Part shown: positions 40,072-49,680 of the stretch, piece by piece
How the letters are laid out: each line of letters begins with the position of its first letter
Numbering within the stretch: position 1 is the stretch's first letter
Assembly: GCA_963716725.1 (NCBI GenBank)
Contig: CAVQUB010000003.1
Coordinates: 160,001-224,000, forward strand
DNA: 64,000 nt
DNA from: an uncultured delta proteobacterium
GTDB lineage: Bacteria; Myxococcota_A; Polyangia; Polyangiales; Polyangiaceae
Direction: 5' to 3'
The notes under the pieces: generated by a model
Told to the model about the DNA's origin: nothing
The model's input: only the letters and a program-made list of their open reading frames with translations
Database searches by the model: none
Made by a program: the position numbers and the translations under genes

Positions 40072-42075
40072 GTGAGCGTCCAGTCCGAACCCAAGACCAC
40101 CGACGGCGAGCTCCGCGCGTTGTCACCCCGCGCCGAGGGCGCGGTGGCTGCGCTGACGGCCCTCTCTGATGCGCTGGCGCGGCACCCCCTGGCGCAGGGC
40201 GCGGCGATCACTCGCCCCCACCCCTTGCTGTCGATGGTGCGCCGCGGGCCCGTCAGCGTGCTGCTCTGCCCGTCGTCGGTCTGGGACTCGGGTCGCGAGC
40301 TGCTCGGTCCCTACACCGATCGCATCGCTGCCGCCGAAACGCGGCTGATTCTGCTGGGCCGCCCCGCCGATCCGGATCTCGCTCAGGCTTTGAACCTGGG
40401 GCTCGCCGCCATCGTGCCCAGCGAACCCAACGCGGCCGAGGTCGCAGTGGCCGTGCACCAAGCCTTCGAGCTGATGGACGTCAAGGCGCGCAGCGAGAGT
40501 CGCGGCAAGTGGCTGAACCGCTATCGCTACGAGCTCGGCGAGCTGATCGAGATCGCCCGCGCGCTGACCACCGAGCGTGAGATCGGCAAATTGCTTGGGC
40601 TGATCCTCGAAAAGAGCCGCTTCGTCACCGGCGCTGACGCCGGCAGCATGTACGTGGTCGAGGGCACCGACCACGACATCACCAAGAAACTGCTGCGCTT
40701 CAAGACCAGCCAGAACGAGTCGGTGCAGTTCGATTCGCGGGAGTTCACCATGCCCATCAGCCCGCGCAGCATGGCGGGCTGGGTGGCGCTCGAGAAGAAG
40801 AGCATTCGAATCGACGACGTCTACGACATGCCGAAGGACTCCACCTTCGGCTTCGACCGGTCCTTCGATCAGAAGGTCGGCTATCGCACCAAGAGCATGC
40901 TCTGCACACCGCTGATCACCAAAGAAGGTGAGGTCATCGGCGTGCTCCAGCTGATCAACAAGAAGCGCGACGCGAGCACCAAGCTGCTCTCCCCCGAAGA
41001 CGTCGAGCGCCTGGTGGTGCCCTTTGACGACCGCGCCGAGCAGCTGATGCAGACGCTGGCGGCTCAGGCCGGCATCGCCCTCGAAAACGCGATGCTGTAC
41101 GACGAGATTCGGTCCATCTTCGAGGGCTTCGTGCGCGCCAGCGTCGACGCCATCGAGCAGCGTGATCCGACCACCAGCGGTCATTCACGCCGCGTCGCCG
41201 AGCTCACCGTGGGCCTCGCGCACGCCGTCGAGCGCACCGACACCGGGCCTTACAAAGACGTGGTCTGGAAGCGCGAGGACATCAACGAGATCGAATACGC
41301 CTCCCTGCTGCACGACTTCGGCAAGATTGGCGTGCGCGAGCACGTGCTGATCAAGGCCAAGAAGCTCTACCCGCACGAGCTCGTGCTCCTGAAACAGCGC
41401 TTCGATTTCGTCCGACGCGGCATCGAGGTCGATCTCTTGTCACGCAAGCTGAGCCTGATCGAGCGCGGGGGGCCGGCGGCGGATCTCGCGGACCTCGACC
41501 GCGAGCTCGCGACCCGGTTGGCCGAACTCGACGACGCCTGGTCCACCGTGAATCACGCCAACGAGCCCACCGTGCTCGCTGCCGGCGACTTCAAGAAGAT
41601 CGAGGACCTCGCCAAGCAGAGCTTCGCCACCCTCGAAGGCGGCCACGCGCCGCTCTTGACGGCCGAAGAGGTGAAGAGCCTGAGTGTGATGCGCGGCTCA
41701 CTCACCGCCGAAGAGTTCGACGAGATCCGCAGCCACGTCAGCCACACCTACCGCTTCTTGTCCAAAATCCCCTGGGGCAAGACCTTCGCCCGGGTGGCGA
41801 TCATCGCCGGCGCGCACCACGAGCGACTCAACGGCACCGGCTACCCCAACCGCTGGCGAGCCGAAGAGATCCCCGTGCAGTCGAAGATGATGAGCATCAG
41901 CGACATCTTCGACGCGCTGACGGCCAGCGATCGCCCCTACAAACGCGCGGTGCCCGTGGACAAGGCCATGCACATCCTCGATCTCGAGGTCAAAGACGGC
42001 CACGTCGATCCCGAGCTGGTGCGCATCTTCCGCGACGCCAAGGTCTGGGAGCAGATCATGGGCGCGCTGTACTGA
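40072..42075 (+). CDS. GAF + HD-GYP phosphodiesterase
   Basis: GAF (ADAGSMY...GYRTKSML...GVLQLINK), RDPTTSGHS, LHDFGKIG, HHERLNGTGYP and DRPYK. Start estimated at GTG 40072. Confidence 0.92.
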   Translation: MSVQSEPKTTDGELRALSPRAEGAVAALTALSDALARHPLAQGAAITRPHPLLSMVRRGPVSVLLCPSSVWDSGRELLGPYTDRIAAAETRLILLGRPADPDLAQALNLGLAAIVPSEPNAAEVAVAVHQAFELMDVKARSESRGKWLNRYRYELGELIEIARALTTEREIGKLLGLILEKSRFVTGADAGSMYVVEGTDHDITKKLLRFKTSQNESVQFDSREFTMPISPRSMAGWVALEKKSIRIDDVYDMPKDSTFGFDRSFDQKVGYRTKSMLCTPLITKEGEVIGVLQLINKKRDASTKLLSPEDVERLVVPFDDRAEQLMQTLAAQAGIALENAMLYDEIRSIFEGFVRASVDAIEQRDPTTSGHSRRVAELTVGLAHAVERTDTGPYKDVVWKREDINEIEYASLLHDFGKIGVREHVLIKAKKLYPHELVLLKQRFDFVRRGIEVDLLSRKLSLIERGGPAADLADLDRELATRLAELDDAWSTVNHANEPTVLAAGDFKKIEDLAKQSFATLEGGHAPLLTAEEVKSLSVMRGSLTAEEFDEIRSHVSHTYRFLSKIPWGKTFARVAIIAGAHHERLNGTGYPNRWRAEEIPVQSKMMSISDIFDALTASDRPYKRAVPVDKAMHILDLEVKDGHVDPELVRIFRDAKVWEQIMGALY

Positions 42076-42091
42076 GCCGGCGAACCCGGGG

Positions 42092-43021
42092 CTACTTGCC
42101 CGAAGTCTTGGGGAACACCAGCACGAAGGACCTGGGCGTCGGCTGGTAGAGCACGACCTTGTCGCCGAGCTTGGAGCCAACGTAGTGCTTCACCCAAGGC
42201 AGCGAGGTCCAGGTCTCCGTGTCCTTGATGTATTCGGGCACGATCAGATCGAGCTCGACGTAGCGATCGCCGGTGGCCTTCGCGAGGTCGGGGCCATAGG
42301 TCCAAGCCTCCCGGCCTGCGCGCGGGCTGACGTCGTTGTGCAAGGCGCCGCCGTAGGCGATCACCAGCTGGTCCTTGCCCGCCTTCTTGTTGCGATCCAC
42401 CTCCGCAACAGCGACCTCGCGGGTCAGCTTCGCGATGGTCTCGAGCATCACGCCGATGTCGCCGGCCCCAGCCTGGGTGATGCGCGTCAGATCCTCGCAG
42501 CTCGGTCGCAAGAGATCGGGAACGATGCCCAGCTCCTTGGCGCGCTTACCCAGCAGAACGTACTCGTTTTGGTTCGTCTCGGCCTGAGGCTCGGTCACGG
42601 GCTTCTGCTGCTTCGCGACCTGTTTCGTCTGCTTTTGACACTTCGGGTTCGGGAGCATGAGCTCCACGGCGAGGAAGCTCACCTTGCTCGCCAGCGTGGG
42701 CAGGATCTGCTCGGTGAAACGCTTGGTGGTCGAGGGCAGGTGCTCGCTGCCCTTCTGCGCGTGCGCCTCGCCGATGCCGAGAACGGCGGGCTTGGCCGCG
42801 AGGACTACGCCGATCGCTGCGTCGACCTTGTCGAAGGTGCGGCAGCCGAGCTCGCCACAGGCGCCGGGATCAGAGACCGTCACCGCCGGCTCGGGCGCGC
42901 TGCTGGCCGCGGCGGTCGCTGGCAGCGGTGGAGTCGGGTCCGGCTCCGGCGTGGGCTTGGCAGCGCCCGCACAACCGAGCAGATAAGCCGAGGCGAGAAC
43001 GGCGAGAGTGAGTCGCGGCAT
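42092..43021 (-). CDS. Hypothetical lipoprotein
   Basis: Lipobox LLGC, LGIGEAH and YGGALHND. Confidence 0.8.
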   Translation of the reverse strand: MPRLTLAVLASAYLLGCAGAAKPTPEPDPTPPLPATAAASSAPEPAVTVSDPGACGELGCRTFDKVDAAIGVVLAAKPAVLGIGEAHAQKGSEHLPSTTKRFTEQILPTLASKVSFLAVELMLPNPKCQKQTKQVAKQQKPVTEPQAETNQNEYVLLGKRAKELGIVPDLLRPSCEDLTRITQAGAGDIGVMLETIAKLTREVAVAEVDRNKKAGKDQLVIAYGGALHNDVSPRAGREAWTYGPDLAKATGDRYVELDLIVPEYIKDTETWTSLPWVKHYVGSKLGDKVVLYQPTPRSFVLVFPKTSGK

Positions 43022-43116
43022 GGGAGCTCCAGCTTAGACCAAGAGCCGCGACCGAACTTGGGAAGCCGCGTATTCGTGACACGGCTCCGATCCGTGCTAG
43101 CGCTCGGCTCCAAGAG

Positions 43117-44085
43117 ATGACGTCGCCGACAGAGCCCTCCAGGTCGCGTCGCGTCGCCGCGATCGCCCTGGCGGCCGTGGCGATGGGCGCGCTGATGCCG
43201 CGAGCCCAGGCCGCGCCCAAGAAGCAGCGCTGTCCGGCCGGCATGGTCGGCGTCAGCGGCCGGTTCTGCATCGACGCCGTCGAAGCCAGCCTTGACGTCG
43301 TCGACGCCAAGGGCCGCACGCTGAGGCGTCACTCGCCCTACCAGACCGTCGCCACGGAGACCCGAGTAGTGGCCCGCGCCCGCCGCGGCGTGGTGCCCCA
43401 AGCCTACGTGAGTCAAGAGCAGGCCGCCGCGGCCTGCGAAGCCGCTGGCAAGCGCTTGTGCAGCGACGACGAGTGGCTCAGCGCGTGTCGTGGCAAGACC
43501 CCCAGCCTGTACCCCTACGGCGACGAGCACGCTGCCGGGCGCTGCAACGACAAGGGCGTGTCACCGCTGCGAATGCTGCACGGCGCGGCCGATGGGCTCG
43601 AGGTCTTCGGCATCGACGCGATGAACGACCCGAGGCTCAATCAGATCGCGGGCACCGTGGCGCGCACCGGGCAATTCAAGCGCTGCAAGAGCAGCGTGGG
43701 CGCCTACGACATGGTGGGCAATCTGCACGAGTGGACGGCCGACTCGGGCGGGACCTTCCGAGGCGGGTACTACCTCGACAACGAGATCAACGGCCGCGGC
43801 TGCGACTATGTGACCAAGGCGCACAACACCAAGTACCGCGACTACTCCGTCGGCTTTCGCTGCTGCAAAGGCGGCAAGACGGCGCCGAGCAAGACGACCA
43901 ACGACAAGACGACCAAGGACAAGAAGCAGAAGCAGGCCACGCGCACCCACGTGGTCGAGAGCGGCCAGACCTTGAGCGGGATAGCGCAGCGCTTCGGCAG
44001 CAGCGTGGACGCCATTTGCGCGGCGAACGGCATCGACAAGCAGGCGCCCATCGTGCCCGGACAAGAGCTGGTGATCCCGGAGTGA
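43117..44085 (+). CDS. FGE/SUMF1-domain protein with C-terminal LysM
   Basis: CPAGMV...FCID, GKRLCSDDEW, YDMVGNLHEW and GFRCC, then HVVESGQTLSGIAQRFG...ANGI...GQELVIP. Confidence 0.88.
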   Translation: MTSPTEPSRSRRVAAIALAAVAMGALMPRAQAAPKKQRCPAGMVGVSGRFCIDAVEASLDVVDAKGRTLRRHSPYQTVATETRVVARARRGVVPQAYVSQEQAAAACEAAGKRLCSDDEWLSACRGKTPSLYPYGDEHAAGRCNDKGVSPLRMLHGAADGLEVFGIDAMNDPRLNQIAGTVARTGQFKRCKSSVGAYDMVGNLHEWTADSGGTFRGGYYLDNEINGRGCDYVTKAHNTKYRDYSVGFRCCKGGKTAPSKTTNDKTTKDKKQKQATRTHVVESGQTLSGIAQRFGSSVDAICAANGIDKQAPIVPGQELVIPE

Positions 44086-44140
44086 CGTCGTGTCCGCTTG
44101 CGAAGCGGGCCTTCTCGGCCTAGATCATGCGCTGCTTTCG

Positions 44141-44578
44141 ATGACTTACCCTGGGCTCGCTCTGATCGTGTGTGCTGCTACCGCCACCGCCCTCTCCTGC
44201 TCTGACGACGGCGGCGACGGGCCGAAGGACTGCAAGGTCGTCGCAGCCTTCGATCTGACCCTGCGGGCGGCGGGCGGCCCGCTGCCACCGGACACCACCG
44301 TCGAGGTGCAGTACGGCGGCGGGGTCGAGAGCTATCGGGTGGACGCGGGCATGCAGTCCCAAGAGGTCGTTCTTTGCGACGACGACGCCCCGGAGACCGG
44401 CGTCGGCGGCGTGACGGTGGTGCATTGCAAACTGTGGACGCAGGGCGCAGCGACCGTGAAGGTCACCGCCAGCGGCTTCCCGCCCGTCGAACAGACCCTC
44501 GAAGCCAAGGCCCAGGGCAAGTGCATCCAGACCGTGCCGGTCGAGATCGTCTTGGGCGACCAAGACGCCGGGCCCTGA
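44141..44578 (+). CDS. Hypothetical lipoprotein
   Basis: ATG at 44141, lipobox ALSC, 4 further Cys. Confidence 0.7.
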   Translation: MTYPGLALIVCAATATALSCSDDGGDGPKDCKVVAAFDLTLRAAGGPLPPDTTVEVQYGGGVESYRVDAGMQSQEVVLCDDDAPETGVGGVTVVHCKLWTQGAATVKVTASGFPPVEQTLEAKAQGKCIQTVPVEIVLGDQDAGP

Positions 44579-44657
44579 GCACGCGCGCAGCGGTTGTTGG
44601 GGGCGGCACGGATGACAGACAGCCCGGACGGCGCTATGGCTCCGCCCGGAGGGATGC

Positions 44658-45806
44658 ATGAGAGCTACGCACATCGCTGCGCGCGACGGATTCGCGCGCG
44701 CCGACGAGATCACCGCGATCACCGAGTTCGACAGGGCGTGGCAGGTCGAGGGACACGGTCCCCAGCTGCGCGCGGTGCGCGCGGCGGCCGAGGGCCTGCG
44801 CGAGCGGCTGGTGCGAGGACCTCGGACGGTGAGCGTCCGCTCGCTCCCGATCACCACCCTGGGCTACCCAACCAAGTACGGATTTGGCGGCGCTGCGCTC
44901 TCGCCGGCGCCGTGGCTGATCATGACCCACCGCTGCCTGCTCGTGCAGTTTCTCCAGCGTGGCGAGCTGAAGACGCTCATGTTCAACCCCACCGACGACG
45001 TCGCCGCGCGCAAGACGCCCTTCTTCGAGCGAACGATCCGACAATTCGGCGACTACATCGCGTTCAACCTGCTGGCCAAGCGCTTCGACAGCCTCGAGCA
45101 CCAGCTGGCGGCTCTGGGGGTCACCCGCGAATCCGTCGACTACGTGGCCTTCGACCACTTTCACACTCAAGATTTCCGGGGCCTGCTCGGCACCCAAGAC
45201 GCGGCCCACGCCCCGCGTTTCCCCAACGCCAAGCTCCTGGCCCAGCGCGCCGAGTGGGACGACTGGGACGATCTGCATCCCCTGCAGCGCGCTTGGTACG
45301 TGGCCGACGGCAAGGCCACAGTCCGCACCAACCAGGTCGTGCTGCTCGACGGGGACTTCGAGCTCGGAGACGGCGTGATGTTGCTCCGCACGCCGGGCCA
45401 CACCAGCGGCAACCAGACCTTGTTCGTGAACACGCCCGACGGCATCTGGGGCTCCAGTGAGAACGGCATCTCGGCCGACAACTGGTCGCCTCACGAGAGC
45501 CGCATCTCCGGTCTCGCGCGCACGGCCCGCATGCAAGACCTCGACGTGATCCCGAACTCGAACACGCCCGAGCTCGGCGCCCAGCAATACACGTCCATGC
45601 TGCTCGAAAAGACCATCGTCGACCGCGTCAACCGCGCGCCGGGCTTCGTGCAGATGTTCCCCTCGAGTGAGGTCACGCCGAGCCCGCTCGCCCCGGGGCT
45701 CTCGCCCACCATCGTGCACGGCGGACTGGTCTACGGCGAGGTGAGCCACGCCGAGGCCAAGCGCGTGACGCGAGCCAACGGCAACGGAGTGGCCGCGCGG
45801 CTCTGA
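44658..45806 (+). CDS. Metallo-beta-lactamase-fold hydrolase
   Basis: VDYVAFDHFHTQD (variant HxHxDH), FPNAKLL and TPGHTSGN. Confidence 0.82.
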   Translation: MRATHIAARDGFARADEITAITEFDRAWQVEGHGPQLRAVRAAAEGLRERLVRGPRTVSVRSLPITTLGYPTKYGFGGAALSPAPWLIMTHRCLLVQFLQRGELKTLMFNPTDDVAARKTPFFERTIRQFGDYIAFNLLAKRFDSLEHQLAALGVTRESVDYVAFDHFHTQDFRGLLGTQDAAHAPRFPNAKLLAQRAEWDDWDDLHPLQRAWYVADGKATVRTNQVVLLDGDFELGDGVMLLRTPGHTSGNQTLFVNTPDGIWGSSENGISADNWSPHESRISGLARTARMQDLDVIPNSNTPELGAQQYTSMLLEKTIVDRVNRAPGFVQMFPSSEVTPSPLAPGLSPTIVHGGLVYGEVSHAEAKRVTRANGNGVAARL

Positions 45807-45813
45807 TCCGCGC
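45795..45813 (+). repeat. 19-bp direct repeat, left (GCGCGGCTCTGATCCGCGC), contains the MBL gene stop
   Basis: Identical to 46564-46582. Confidence 0.9.
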
Positions 45814-45849
45814 GGTTTGCGCCCGAGCTCGCCTTGACCCGACTGTGCC

Positions 45850-45867
45850 CAGGCATCATGATGCCTG
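45850..45867. promoter_or_regulatory. Perfect 18-bp palindrome, likely vapBC operator
   Basis: CAGGCATCATGATGCCTG immediately before the antitoxin start codon. Confidence 0.75.
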
Positions 45868-45868
45868 A

Positions 45869-46132
45869 GTGCGGACCACCTTGACGCTCGACCCCGACGT
45901 CGCGAAGTTGCTCGAAGCGGAGGCTCATCGCCAGCGCAAGTCGTTCAAAGAGGTGGTCAACGAGGCGATCCGCCGGGGGCTCTCGCCGCGCAGGGAGCGG
46001 CCGCGAGCACCCTACCGGGTCCGCCCGCACAGGACCCACCTGCTGCCCGGCATCGATGTGGCGGGTTTCAACCGGCTCGCGGATGAAATCGAGGACGACG
46101 TGCGGCTTTCCAAGTCGCAGACCGGGCGATGA
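45869..46132 (+). CDS. vapB: VapB-type antitoxin (RHH)
   Basis: MRTTLTLDPDVAKLL...SFKEVVNEAIRRGL. ATGA overlap with the PIN gene. Confidence 0.88.
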   Translation: MRTTLTLDPDVAKLLEAEAHRQRKSFKEVVNEAIRRGLSPRRERPRAPYRVRPHRTHLLPGIDVAGFNRLADEIEDDVRLSKSQTGR

Positions 46133-46560
46133 TCGTTCCCGACGTCAACCTGCTGCTCTACGCCGAGCTCGACGCGTTTACGCAACACGACCGGGCTCGA
46201 GTGTGGTGGGAGAGTTTGCTGGGAGGCGATCGGTCGGTGGGACTCGCTCCCGTCAGCGTGTTTGGCTTCTTGCGCATCAGCACCAACCGAAAGGTGTTCT
46301 CTGAACCGCTGGCGATGACCGACGCCATCGAGCGGGTCGAGAGTTGGCTCCAGCAGCCCTGCGCGACCTTTCTCGTGCCGGGCCCGCTCCATCTCGTTAC
46401 CGCGTTCCGACTGCTGAAGCAGATCGGCACGGGAGGGAACCTGACCACCGACGTGCAGCTCGCTGCTCACGCCATCGAACACGGCGGGGAGCTGCACAGC
46501 AACGACACGGATTTCGCTCGCTTCGAAGGGCTCCGTTGGGTCAACCCAATCGCCGGCTGA
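46129..46560 (+). CDS. vapC: VapC PIN-domain ribonuclease toxin
   Basis: MIVPDVNLLLYA, GFLRIST, GNLTTDVQLAA and SNDTDFARF. Confidence 0.93.
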   Translation: MIVPDVNLLLYAELDAFTQHDRARVWWESLLGGDRSVGLAPVSVFGFLRISTNRKVFSEPLAMTDAIERVESWLQQPCATFLVPGPLHLVTAFRLLKQIGTGGNLTTDVQLAAHAIEHGGELHSNDTDFARFEGLRWVNPIAG

Positions 46561-46563
46561 TCG

Positions 46564-46582
46564 GCGCGGCTCTGATCCGCGC
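46564..46582 (+). repeat. 19-bp direct repeat, right
   Basis: Identical to 45795-45813. Abuts the stop codon of the convergent gene at 46583. Confidence 0.9.
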
Positions 46583-47188
46583 TCACTTGCCCGCGGGCAG
46601 CGAGTTGATGTCCACGCGGGGCCCGTAGGATCGCAACACCGCGCGTTCGCGCCCGAAGTCGTCGCCGATGGTGCCCTCGGCATCCAGAGCGACGATGCCG
46701 ATGTCCGGACAGAATACGGTCGTGACGCGCTTCTGCACCGCGGTGCTCTCTTCAGTGGTCTCGACGCAGCCCGTGAAACGGCCCGCGGGCGTATCTACGG
46801 TGGCGTCGGTGCTGCGCACCACCACCTGGCCAAACTGACCCTTGAACTGCGCGGCCACGCTGAGCGGTGCCTTGAGCAACCAGCCGCCGTTGCTGAGGCG
46901 AATGCCTTGCTTCTCGATCTCGAGCCGCTGCGCCTTGCCGCCGACCACGAGCACCGCCTGGTTCGCCCGCGGCCGGTCGACGTGCATCATCAGCACGCCC
47001 TTCTCGCCGCTGTTCTCGATGGAGGTCTCGAAGGCGTAGACGGTGTCGGCTTTGAGCGGCATGTAGCGCTCGACGTCGGTGATGACCGGCTCGGTAGGAC
47101 CGAGCTTGCTGTCGTTCTGCGCGGCGGCCCCGCCGCAGCCGACGACGGCCAGCAACAGCCCGAGCTCAAAGTTTGTGCGAATAGGCAT
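46583..47188 (-). CDS. Hypothetical lipoprotein
   Basis: VVGC lipobox, RYMPL, VDTPAGRFTGC and FCPDIGIV. Confidence 0.75.
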   Translation of the reverse strand: MPIRTNFELGLLLAVVGCGGAAAQNDSKLGPTEPVITDVERYMPLKADTVYAFETSIENSGEKGVLMMHVDRPRANQAVLVVGGKAQRLEIEKQGIRLSNGGWLLKAPLSVAAQFKGQFGQVVVRSTDATVDTPAGRFTGCVETTEESTAVQKRVTTVFCPDIGIVALDAEGTIGDDFGRERAVLRSYGPRVDINSLPAGK

Positions 47189-47549
47189 GGAGCACCAACA
47201 CCGCCAACAGGATGACCGAGGCGAGCAACAGGTAGCGGATCAGGGGATCCGGATCGATGCGCTGACGCAGCTCGAGGGCCGCGTCACGCACGCGCTCGTC
47301 TTCGGCCCGATCGGCCAACGCAGGCGCGTCCGCCCTCACCGTGGCAAAGTCGCCACGCTCGAAGGCCGCCACCAAGCGATCGAGATCCGGATCCACCGGG
47401 AACGTGAGCAAGAACCGTGGCCGTTCGCGGCCGTTCGCGTCGAGCTCGGAGCGACTGCCTGCCGCCTCACGCTTCTTCTTCCGCTTCTTCTTGCGCGGCT
47501 CGGGCTCGGCCTCGGCCTCGGCCCGTTCGCGCTCCTCGTCGTCAGCCAT
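47166..47549 (-). CDS. Hypothetical protein with C-terminal TM helix
   Basis: MADDEERERAE..., basic patch and C-terminal hydrophobic segment. Confidence 0.7.
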   Translation of the reverse strand: MADDEERERAEAEAEPEPRKKKRKKKREAAGSRSELDANGRERPRFLLTFPVDPDLDRLVAAFERGDFATVRADAPALADRAEDERVRDAALELRQRIDPDPLIRYLLLASVILLAVLVLHAYSHKL

Positions 47550-47645
47550 GGATCCGGCCGGAGCGTAGCGCGGCTCGGGGCGCGATCGCACGCGGCATCG
47601 GCGCCACGGCCGGATCCGCCTCCGCACTCCCTCGCTGCCCGGCGT

Positions 47646-48365
47646 TCACTGACAGGGCATCGAGGCGTAGGTGAGGGTCCCCGGCACGACCTTCAGCTCC
47701 ACGCAGGCCGGCGTTCCGTCCTTGCAGGCGAAGGCGTTTGGCGTGCAGGTCTTGTCGGGCGCGGTGAAGGTGGCCTTGTAGTCGCCAGCGGGCACGTCGA
47801 AATAGCCGGTCACGCCCAACTGACAGGTGGTGGCCGAGGGAGTGCACAGCACAGGCGTCGTTCCTTCGAACGCCAGCTGCACCGGGCCCTTGGTCGAACC
47901 TGACTTTGGGGAGAGGTCGAACTTCACGCCTTCAATGGGATCCGTTTGAAGAGACACCATGCCCAAGCCGAGATCGATCGAGCCGCCCAGAATGCCGGCG
48001 AGCGACTCGAACCAATTGGTGCTCTGGAAGCCGAACGGGTGCAGCCCCGACTCGAGGGACTCCTCGCTGATCACCTGAAAGCGCTTGGACAAGTACCCCG
48101 CCTTTTCGAACGAGAGCACGAGCTCGGCGTTCTTGGGCACCTTCAGATCTCCAATCCCGAGGTCGTCGCTCTTCGCGCACGGGATCTCGGGACGGTCAAC
48201 CACGCAGATCCGTACGTCGGGCACGCCCTTGCTCGCTTCATCGAGCACCGTGGCGTGAATCAGCCCATCGAGCTTGACGGCGTTGCTCTTGTCGGAGTCA
48301 TCCGATGAGCACGCCGAGGCGAAGACCAGCAGAAGCGCCAGGGGCGCCAGGACAAACCGCGTCAT
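47646..48365 (-). CDS. Hypothetical lipoprotein (carboxypeptidase-regulatory-like beta domains)
   Basis: Lipobox ASAC, paired Cys. Confidence 0.75.
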   Translation of the reverse strand: MTRFVLAPLALLLVFASACSSDDSDKSNAVKLDGLIHATVLDEASKGVPDVRICVVDRPEIPCAKSDDLGIGDLKVPKNAELVLSFEKAGYLSKRFQVISEESLESGLHPFGFQSTNWFESLAGILGGSIDLGLGMVSLQTDPIEGVKFDLSPKSGSTKGPVQLAFEGTTPVLCTPSATTCQLGVTGYFDVPAGDYKATFTAPDKTCTPNAFACKDGTPACVELKVVPGTLTYASMPCQ

Positions 48366-48432
48366 GAGCGCATCGGAGGGCCGGCGGACCGCGGCGTCAA
48401 TGCTGGGGCAACCCGAATGAATACGGCCCCGC

Positions 48433-49513
48433 TCAAATCGCGATCTGCGAACCGATCTCGAACACGCGGTCGGGAGGGATCTTGAAGAAGGTCGTCGCGC
48501 CCTGGGCGTTGCGCGACATGAACGAAAACAGGTGCTCCCGCCAGCGCGCCATGCCCTCGCGCCCCTCCGCGAGCACCGTCTCGCGGCCCAGGAAGTAGCT
48601 GGTGTGCTCGAGTGAAAAGCTGAGCAGGCCGTGTTGGACGAGGAGCTGCGGAACGTCGGGCGCTTCCATGAACCCGTAGCGAGCGACGACCCGGGTGAAG
48701 CCCAGGGGCAGGTCGTCGATCTCGATCCGATGTTCTTCGGGTTCGCGCGCCCGCTCGGTCACCACGATCGTCAGCAGCACGATCTGCTCGTGGACCACCC
48801 GGTTGTGCAGGAAGTTGCTCATCAGCGCCGGCGGCGCCGCGCCGAGGTTGCTGGCCATGAACACGGCCGTTCCGGGCACGCGTTCCGGCCGCTCGGTGTG
48901 CATCAGCTCCAGGAAGTCTTCGATCGGCACGACCTGGGCGCGGATCCGCTCACCGAGCACCTCGCGTCCGCGCTTCCAGGTGGTCATGGCGGTGAACACC
49001 AGCGCCGCGACCAGCAGCGGGAACCAGCCGCCCCAAGATGATCACGGTCAGCGGGACGACCCACTGGGCAGCGGCGGGCGTCACCAACTCGAGGCCCTCG
49101 ACCGCCGACAGCACGCTGATGGCCGGGGTGATCATCCCGTCGCCATAGAGCAACGCGGCTCCAAAGAGCCCGAGGGCGATCACGATGGAGGATTTGGCTC
49201 TGCTGGCCGCGCCGCGCTCCATCGCCAGGGCCATCAGCGCCAACACGCCACCCTCGCCGCGGTTGTCCGCGCGCAGCACGTATGCCAGGTACTTCGCGCT
49301 CACCACCAGGGTCAGCGCCCAAAACACCAGCGACAGGATGCCAAGCACGTTGGCCGCGTCGACCCGCAGGTGATGCTCGCCGCCGAAGCACTCGCGCAGG
49401 GCGTAGAGAGGGCTCGTTCCGATGTCGCCGTAGACGACTCCGAGCGCGCCCAGGCACAAAAGCAGGAATTGGCGACGTCGTGGTGCGACGTCGGCCAGGG
49501 CCGATGCTGTCAT
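48433..49513 (-). pseudogene. kup: KUP/HAK/KT potassium transporter with large internal deletion
   Basis: N-part (GALGVVYGDIGTSPLY, GEGG, GDGMITPAISVLSAVEGL...PLTVIIL) joins out of frame at ~49033 to the C-part (GGWFPLL...TTWKRG, RVPGTAVFM, YGFME, SYFLGRET). Confidence 0.88.
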
Positions 49514-49519
49514 TTTCGA

Positions 49520-49680
49520 TCCTCGACTTCCTACCGAGGGTCAGCGCACTTTCGTGCGCCCTGGAGTGTCGGAATCGGAGCGAGGTGCCCCGGGGAGTGT
49601 TTCCCTTATCCCCGAGCCAGCGCTAAAGATTAGCGTCGGCGTCCAGACCCGGCTCCCGCCCTTGGCGGGATTCGGCTGTC
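49520..49680 (-). ncRNA. c-di-AMP (ydaO/yuaA) riboswitch-like leader
   Basis: Minus strand reads CAGCCGAATCCCGCCAAGGG...CTCGGGGATAAG...CTCCGATTCCGACA...GCTGACCCTCGGTAGG, in the order of the ydaO consensus elements, directly upstream of kup. Confidence 0.6.
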
